From NCBI RefSeq assembly GCF_009914755.1, contig NC_060927.1: DNA of 64,000 nt; one strand, given 5' to 3'. The position numbers were made by a program, and so were the translations under genes. The notes under the pieces were generated by a model. The model had not been told where the DNA came from, did not search any database, and saw nothing but the letters and a program-made list of their open reading frames with translations. This DNA is from the human T2T-CHM13v2.0 reference genome, Homo sapiens. Of the stretch, positions 23,821 to 64,000 are shown one piece after another. Each line of letters starts with the position of its first letter. The first letter of the stretch is position 1.

Positions 23821-25520
23821 CTTTTGCATTTTCTTTTACAAACTTTAGAATTATGTTGTTAATTTACATGAAAAAACATTTGGAATTTGATTGGGAGTAC
23901 ATTGAATTTCTACATCAATTTAAGGAGAATTGTAATTTTTACAATATCAAGTCTTCCACTCCCTGTTCAAGATATAGTTTTCCATTTACTTTGAGTTTCT
24001 TAATTTAAAGTCTGGTACATAAAAGTTTTAGATGTCTTTTGATAGATTTAATCCTAGGCATTTGTTTTTCTTATGTTACTTTAGGTAGCATTTTTCATGT
24101 TTTTTTTTTTTTTTTTTTCAATTTGAGTATAGAAATACAATTGACTTTGGTGTGTTTACCTACCTTGATCCAGCTCTATTTTTTTTTTTTTTTTTTTTTT
24201 TGAGACAGGGTCTCACTCTGTCACCCAGGCTGGAGTGTAGTGGCACAATCTCAGGTCACTGCAACCTCTGCCTCCCAGATTCAAGCAATTCCCCCACCTC
24301 AGCCTCCTGAGTAGCTGAGACTACAGGTGTGCACCACCACACCTAGCTAATTTCTGTATTTTTAGTAGAGAAGGGGTTTTGCTATGTTGGCCATGCTGGT
24401 CTCAAACTCCTGACCTCAGGTGATGCTGCCTGCTTCAGCCTCCCAAAGTTCTGTGATTATAGACATGAGCCACCATGCCCAGCTTTAACTCATTTATTCT
24501 AAGGTATACTCTAGTTTCTTCAGAATTTTATATACATACAATTTATTATGCATAAAGATGAGAATTTATTTTTTTCCTTTTCAATCCTTTTACTTACTAT
24601 TTCTTTTTCTTGCCTGACTAAACTAGCAAGGGCCTCCCGTAAAAAGGATGACCAGAAATGATAATAGTAAACATTCTGGTCTTATTACTGATCTCAACAG
24701 AAAAGCTTTATTCAGCATGCCACATTAAGTATGATTTCTGTAGATTTTTATGGTACACTAATACTTGATATCAGACTGAGAAAGGTTTGTCGAATAAATT
24801 TGCTAAGAGGTTTTGTTATGAATGGATATTGAATTTTATGAAATGATGTTCCCATACTGAGTGATAGGGTCATACCGTTTTCCTTTATTATTCCACTAAT
24901 ATGATATATTACAGTGATTGATACTTGAAAAGATAGCTTACATTCCTGGAATAAACCCAATTTGGTAATTATTTATTAATCTTTTTTACATTTTGCTAGA
25001 TTCTATTTGCTAATCTTTTGTGTAGAAATTTTGCATCTGAGTTCATAGAAGTTATTTTTTTATCTTTGTCATGATGTCTTTGTTAGTTTTTCCTTTCTAA
25101 GTATACATACTGTCCTCAAAACATTAGTTAAGGAGTGTTCCTACTTTTCTGTTCCTGGAGGAATATATTGGTTTAATCCTTTTTCTTTATTTAGAGACAG
25201 GGTCTCACTTTGTTGCCCAGGCTGGAATGCAGTGTTGTGATCTTGGTTCACTGCAGCCTTGAACTCCTGGGCTCAAGCAATCCTCTTACCTTAGCCTCTT
25301 GGGTAGCTGGCACTACAGGTGCATGCCACTGTGTCCAGCTGATTTAAATTTTTTGTAGAGACGAGTTCTCACTATATTGCCCAGGCTGGTCTTGAACTCG
25401 TGAGCTCAAGCAATCCTCCTGCCTCAGGCTTCCAAAGCCCTAGGATTACAGGCATGAGCCACCACCCCCACGCTGTAATTCTTAAATGTTTGATGGAATT
25501 CATTCCACCTGGCCCTGGAC
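23820..25520 (-). mobile_element. Ancient L1M ORF2 fragment interrupted by two antisense Alus (~24180-24483, ~25180-25470)
   Basis: Degenerate RT-like ORF 24748-24960 and two Alu bodies with poly(T). Confidence 0.75.
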
Positions 25521-25604
25521 TATTCTTCATGAGACAGGTATTTTTGCAGACTCCCCTGTGAAAAGAATGGAAACCTTGAGAATCTTCATTGTCCAAGGAC
25601 TTCT

Positions 25605-25683
25605 GAGAGGTAGAACAGAGATAGAGAAAGGGAAAGAGAAGGAGAGAGAGAGAGAGAAAGAGAGAGAGAGTGAGAGCGAGTGA
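25605..25683. repeat. (GA)n-rich polypurine tract
   Basis: Direct reading of the sequence. Confidence 0.9.
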
Positions 25684-25919
25684 GCAGTGGTGTCATGTGG
25701 CATTTCAAAATGCCTGGCATTTTCCTAAAAGTACCCTGCCCAGTCCCCAACCCCCTAGCCATACAGCCCGACCCAGCGGGCTTGCAGGGTGACTGATTTC
25801 GTGAATGTCGGTTCTCAGGCTGCCAGGCTGCTGCTTCTCAAGGATGACCCAGACTCAGAGAAGTCTCTGGTGTCAGGCAGAGGACACTGGGTGGGGGACA
25901 GGAGGAACTGCTCAAAACA

Positions 25920-26250
25920 GACAGAGGCTCTTTGTTTGCTTTGCTTCTGTGTCAACTGGGCAACATTTGGAAACAACAAATATTGGTTCAGAGGCCCACT
26001 GCTTTCTTACCCACCTCCTGCTGGTCAGCTTTTCCAGCTTTCCTGCACGTACACACAAGCGCAGCTATTTCTTTAAGGGCCAACTCGTGGTTGAAATTTG
26101 AGAGTTTTGCCCTGTTTGCGGTGAAAGATTTGGCTCATGCTTGGGTTGGTCTAGAACTGGAAGCTTCCTTTATGTCCTCTATCAATCTCTTTCTCTTTCT
26201 CTTTCTCTCTCACCTCCCTCCCTCTCTTTCCTCCCCCACTAAATAAATAA
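25920..26250. promoter_or_regulatory. Transferrin distal liver enhancer (about -3.6 to -3.3 kb) with FOXA/HNF3 site and hypoxia-response element
   Basis: TGTTTGCTTT FOXA motif at 25933-25942 and HIF core CACGTA (TACGTG on the minus strand) at 26046-26051, 3.5-3.65 kb upstream of the cap site; position matches the established TF enhancer. Confidence 0.8.
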
Positions 26251-29200
26251 AGAGAAGGTCAATATCAAGAAGGCAGCTGTGGTCTGGAGAAGGGCAAGAT
26301 TTAGGAAGTTTGAGTTCAGGTCTCAGAGCTCCATGAATAAGGACCCATCATTTGACTGTAATGACCACATGTGATAAATGGAGGTACTGATCTTATCTTG
26401 CATGGCTGCCCCAATGATCTTGCCCCAGGACAGTGCCTGACACATACAAGGGGATAAAAACATGATATTTTCTTCCAGCTGAGCATAATCAAGCCAGTCC
26501 ATGTCTAAGGATCTGCAGTTGGTACTCAGACCTCTCCCAGACTGACCAGCCCCTGTGCTGGCAAAGCCCTGGGGGCTGTGTGCTTTTGGAGAAATGGCAA
26601 GGCTGGGAGTCTCATGTCTGTCCCTCTCTCGGTGTGACCCCAGATGAGCTCCTTGGCCCCTGCATGTCCTGGTTTCCTGGGAGAGGCAGTGTCCCTGGTG
26701 GATGTGTACACTCTGGAACCAGACTGCCTTCTTTTGTATTCTGACTTTGCAGCTGACCTTGAACAAGATATCATCCTCTCTTGTCCTCAGTTTCCTTGTC
26801 TCATCTGTAAGATACAGATGCTAAAGCACCAAAGTCAGAGGGGTATGGTAAGTGCTCAGTGAAGCTCCCAGTAAATCTCAGCCATCATTAAGCTATTAAA
26901 AGGGACAGTGATTCTCCAACTCCAGAACATCTCTGGTATAGAATTAAAGAATATAAATGAGAGCACAGGTACAAGTGTCATGGACATGGAGCGCTGTAAT
27001 GTTAACCTCTTACCTTCACATGCTCCTATAGACATATACAGGCATAGGCACCCCATACAGCTAGGGCCATGCACACATGTACACCCCAAAGCTGGCCTCA
27101 CCCCTGCCTACCCCATCCAAGGAATGGCAAGCACGAAGCTCTGCTGTTGTCCTCCTGAGCAAAAGCCAAGGCCCTGGCCTCTCCATCTAGGTGTGTGTAG
27201 ATGACGTGGGAGCACCAGTTCTCTATGTCTTGTCTGAGCTTCCTTCATATCCCATGAGGCTGTATATTTCCTTCCCAGCACCTGTCTTGGGCTTGGACTC
27301 AAAGGACCCTTCTGAGGACAGGGCATAGAGCTGGCTGCTCTGGAGAGGACTCAGCCTGGCCAGTAGGTAGTTGCTCCCTGCTGAGGGGCTCTGGCTAGGC
27401 TATGGGCCTGTGGCTGGAGGACTGGCCTCAGCGGGGCTTAGTCTACGAATGTAGATGGGCTCCAGAAAAGGAGAATCACTGACCATCTTCTTTCCATGCC
27501 CTGCGTTGAGCTTCCCTGAGTTTGTGGCATGGGCTCAACCTTTCGTAACTGCACTTCCTGCTCTCTGGCAGACCCTGCAAGCTTACTACAGGGCCTGTCC
27601 ATGCATCAGCTGTATGTGTGCATGCTGCTCTGCTGGGTGCCTTCCAGTTAGCCTTGCCCCTGACTTTTCCTGCTCATCTCACATCCTTACCTCAAGGTCT
27701 CCAAATGAATCCAGACCACTGCCTAGAGCCTGCTGCAGGGGCAGTAGGAATATGGCCCTCATGCTAACAGTCTTCTTTCCCTATGGCTCAAGCACAAGGG
27801 GCCCATGGACGGGCAAGGGGGGAGTAAGACAGGGCAGCAGTGGTCACTCTCCCTCGCTGGTGAGGCTGATGTGTTGGGAAAGCCAGACTTGACTTCTGTC
27901 CTCACTGTAAACAGAAAGCTTCTGTAGTGGACTCTAAAGTGGGAGGTATGTAACCCCTTTGCATATGAGATAATCTTTTGGAGTGTGGGAGAACATAATC
28001 TAACTTCCAGTTATATTTATTGTTATTGCAAAAGATTAACAAATTATCATTCATTCATATTGAATGTGTGAATTGGCCCTATCTCCCACCTGAGTCTGCA
28101 GTCATGACAGATGGAGCCTTTCAGGTGTCCTAAGGGAAGATGGGGATCACCTCACAATGCTAAAGGTGAAAAGGGGAGTGCCGACCCTGCCCTTTGTTTT
28201 GGCATTTTTATTTCCATACTTTGTGGTTTGTATGTGCCCAGTTAAACGGATGTACAGATTAGATAATCTGGCTTTAACTCCAACCTTCACGAGATGCACA
28301 CATGCCTTAAAAAGATTCTTACAAAGAAACTAGAATTAGGAGACAATTCTGACAACACAAAAACAAGTGAACAAAAATCAAATGACTGACCTGACGTGTC
28401 CACTAGGCTTGATATGAGCTTGGTCAACTAAAACATGAGACAGAATGAATGACCATCTGGTCAGGTTGGATAAGAAGTAACTTTTGGCAAAATCTCTGAA
28501 GTCTGGATTTACACTTCGTGGAAGGAATCTTGACCTTTCCCCAAGTATATTATGCCTTGAGATAATAATCCTGTATAAGGCCGCATAAGCAAAACGACAT
28601 TTGAAAATGAGTTTCATCTTTAGCTCATCCTTTTACAAATTTCTATTCCTTGTGCATGATTGAAGTGTACACATTTTTTAGTTAAAATATAAGCATATAG
28701 AAGGCACAAGTTCAATATTTTTCATGATAAGGATGTGTAATTAAACTGGTTAGGAGACTCATCGACTAGAGGGGGACATGGTGGCCCCAGGCTGTAAGAA
28801 CAGGCCACACCGTCCACTGGGCCGCTTGCTTTGTGCTAAGATGGCACTTTGTTCTGAGCCTCACAGTGTCTTGACCATGTTCCTGGAACCTTCTTGTTGG
28901 AGGGAGTTCATCTTCCCCTATGACTCTGTCCCTAGTCTAAGGTGTCCCACAGGAAGCTTGAGGGCAGGAAGTTTTCCAGCCCAGGAGCCTGAGCTCAGCG
29001 GGGCAGGAAGAGGGAGCAGCTCCTCCGTGGGGGACCTTTGAGAGCCCAGGAGCAGGATTTCGAGGGACACCTGGTGGGGAGCAAAAGGTGCTGAGTCTGT
29101 CTTTGACCTTGAGCCCAGCTTGTTTCTCCTGCATCCTCCCCCAAAAGGGGCTTTGCCTGTCATTCTGCAGTTCTAGTGTGGGGTCTGGGCGCAGTTCTTT

Positions 29201-29479
29201 TCCCTCTCCAGCCTCGGAGTCTTCCTCTGTGGACTGCGCAGATAGGACTGGTGGCACGGACCAGCTCTGCAGCCCTGGAGTCAGGAGCAGAGCCCCCCGG
29301 CTCCCAGCCCGCCGTAGCCGCTCCTGGCACCGAGCGAGCCGCGATGACAATGGCTGCATTGTGCTTCATGTCCCTTCCCATCAACATTTCTGTGCTGGAC
29401 TCCTTCCACTCGCGGGTCGTCTCCAGAGCTCAGAAAATGAGGTGATCAGTGGGACGAGTAAGGAAGGGGGGTTGGGAGA

Positions 29480-29583
29480 GGGGCGATTGGGCAACCCGGC
29501 TGCACAAACACGGGAGGTCAAAGATTGCGCCCAGCCCGCCCAGGCCGGTAATGGAATAAAGGGACGCGGGGCGCCGGAGGCTG
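29480..29583 (+). promoter_or_regulatory. TF proximal promoter: PRII C/EBP site, PRI HNF4/COUP-TF site, TATA-like box
   Basis: ATTGGGCAAC 29486-29495; DR1-like AGGTCAAAGATTG 29515-29527; AATAAA 29555-29560, about 25 nt upstream of the classical cap site (~29583). Confidence 0.85.
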
Positions 29584-29632
29584 CACAGAAGCGAGTCCGA
29601 CTGTGCTCGCTGCTCAGCGCCGCACCCGGAGG

Positions 29633-61819
<32,187 letters not shown>

Positions 61820-61961
61820 AATCTCAGAGGTAGGGCTGCCACCAAGGTGAAGATGGGAACGCAGATGATCCATGAGTTTGCCCTGGTTTCACTGGCCCAA
61901 GTGGTTTGTGCTAACCACGTCTGTCTTCACAGCTCTGTGTTGCCATGTGTGCTGAACAAAA

Positions 61962-61967
61962 AATAAA
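61962..61967 (+). terminator. TF polyadenylation signal
   Basis: AATAAA about 145 nt after the stop codon, followed by U-rich sequence; cleavage expected near 61990. Confidence 0.85.
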
Positions 61968-63242
61968 AATTATTATTGATTTTATATTTCAAAAACTCCA
62001 TTCTTTCCTAAATATTTTCAACAAAGGATTTCTTTATGCATTCTGCCTAAATACCTATGCAACTGAGCCCTTCCTTCTCAGCTCAAGATTCGTCTGGTCT
62101 TTCCCTACAGCTTTGTGTGTGCCATGGCCACATCTCCTGGGTACAGTTCAAGGAGACATCTTTTCTAAAAGGGTCTGCGTGATCATTAAAATATAATCAA
62201 ATGTATACTGGTGTGTGTGTGCACGTGCGCGTGCGTGTGTCATGCTAAGGAAGGGGCAAGAAGGAGGATGCAGAGTGAGTTACAGAGATCAAGTACTCAA
62301 GTGAGTACAGAAAGACTACAGAAGACTTACCTTTATTTGGTATTTTAAATGAATTCCATCAGGCTGAGGTCCTGATTCTAACTAGCTGAAAAAAGTGAAA
62401 CACTGACATCTTTTTTGCTGAAAAGCATTCCCTGAGCTTGATGCCACAGCAGTTACTGCCCTGTCTCCTGCCCTTCTCAGCCCAGCTTCCTGTAAGGTGG
62501 AGGCTGACTTTTCTGTCTCACTTATTATTGGCTGAACATACAGAATTTGGTCTTCTGCTTCACCAACTTACCTGAATGTACCCTGGCAAAAGTCACCGTC
62601 TACCTGCCAACTGTTAAACCAATTCAGGTCTTCCATTCCTGAGCCCATTTCCTGCAGTTGATAAAGTTGACCACTCCCTCCTCCTTGGAACTCTTTTCCT
62701 CAGTTTCTCTGACATGGCAGGTCTCTGCTTTGATTCCTACCTCTCTCTGTTCATTTGTAGTCTTCACTGTGGGCTCATCCTACTGGCCTGGAAACCTTAG
62801 GGAAATCTTCCTGGGGTTTTCTCTTGATCTGGTCAGTGCTCCTCTCACTTTGCAGGCCCTCCTTCAGTGATGCTCATGACTCCTAGGCATCTGTATCTAT
62901 AGCTGTGACCCCAGCCTCCAGCAGTATCCCTGCACTTATACATCCTACTACCTACCTGTGGGTCTATACTCGAGTCTTGCAGCAGTCAGAAACCCAACAA
63001 ATCAAAAATTGAAGTGATCATCCTGTTCTTCTCTCTCTTGCTTCCCTAAACCAACTGTTGTTATAGTATATTCCATATCAGCTGAAGACCTGGTCATCTA
63101 CCCAATCACATAAGCCATAAATAGAGGGGTGAAATTTCAGTTCGCCATTTTCCCTCACACTACATCCAGCGTCACCAAGTTCTGTTGATTTTGCTTTCTA
63201 AATAACTTCAGTTGGCTCCTTTCTTTTCCTGACTCCTAACAC

Positions 63243-63590
63243 AGCCTCATCTTATACTCAAATACAGAAGTGCAGATAAGGGGTATCTGGACACAACATT
63301 CCACACCTCTCTCAACTGTCTAGTATTCAAGAAAATAGGACTCTGGGTCCACTTTGCAGTCCAGACCTGATATGGACCGTTTTACACACAGCCCTGCTTT
63401 CCTCTGAGCCTATCAACGATCTGCCTTATTTAATATTAACCTAAACTTACCCCAAATCCTATAACTCTGCCTTTTCCTTTGTTTGGTGAGATACCCCATG
63501 GCTCCCCTGGGACGCAGTCTGTCTCATTGCAATGGATCAATAAACCTAATTTTATTACACTACAGGTATATTCCTGGAAGTCTTAGACAA
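63243..63590 (+). mobile_element. Probable ERV1 LTR remnant (MER39/MER34-like)
   Basis: LTR-like body with attgcaat...aataaacc poly(A) region. Confidence 0.4.
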
Positions 63591-63929
63591 CTGGGCTAAA
63601 ACAAAAATATTCAACATCCATTCTTAATTATTAAATTAGTTACTAAAATAGGATAGACAGATGTTATTTGGCCATAATTTTATATACATGTAAACAAAAG
63701 CTAATACATACCTAATGATGAAGAAACAGAAGCATTCCTACTAAAGTTAGGAACATGAAAAAAATTGATTACTATCTATCTTATTTTACAGTGTTTTAGA
63801 ACAGGTGGCCAATCCAATTATACAAGAAAAATAAGTTATAATATTTAAAGAAATGCCAAAATTACTTTTATTTGTAAGTGATTATACACCTAGGAAATCC
63901 ATGAGAACCAAATAATAATAAAGTATTAT

Positions 63930-64000
63930 GGCCAGGCGCAGTGGTTCATGCCTATAATCCCAGCATTTTGGGAGGCTGAGGTGGGTGGATCACCTGAGGT
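63930..64000 (+). mobile_element. Alu 5' end, cut off by the window edge
   Basis: ggccaggcgcagtgg...ggatcacctgaggt. Confidence 0.9.

Noticed and set aside
26840-26855. Strong donor-like ATG|GTAAGT downstream of the enhancer as an upstream TF exon
   Set aside because: It lies in MIR-like sequence with no definable acceptor or start site, so it cannot be supported from sequence alone.

Overview
Primate genomic DNA, almost certainly human (it carries human-specific AluYb8 and AluYg6 copies). It contains the complete serotransferrin gene TF on the + strand: 17 GT-AG exons, CDS 29633-61819, 2097 nt = 698 aa + stop, with its CpG-rich liver promoter, the -3.6 kb liver/hypoxia enhancer and a poly(A) signal. 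The 29 kb upstream is dense in transposons: a full-length, inactivated L1PA3/4-type element nested in an older L1, a sense-oriented solo LTR12, and a second truncated L1PA7-like element in inverted orientation. TF intron 9 holds an old processed ACSL3 pseudogene whose 5' end looks like an LTR-derived exon spliced to ACSL3. Most six-frame ORFs are L1/Alu remnants or chance ORFs. I see no convincing new multi-gene system. The best leads are the LTR-primed ACSL3 retrocopy, transposon promoters pointing at TF, and several regulatory oddities. Repeat subfamily names and variant identities come from recalled consensus sequences and need checking.
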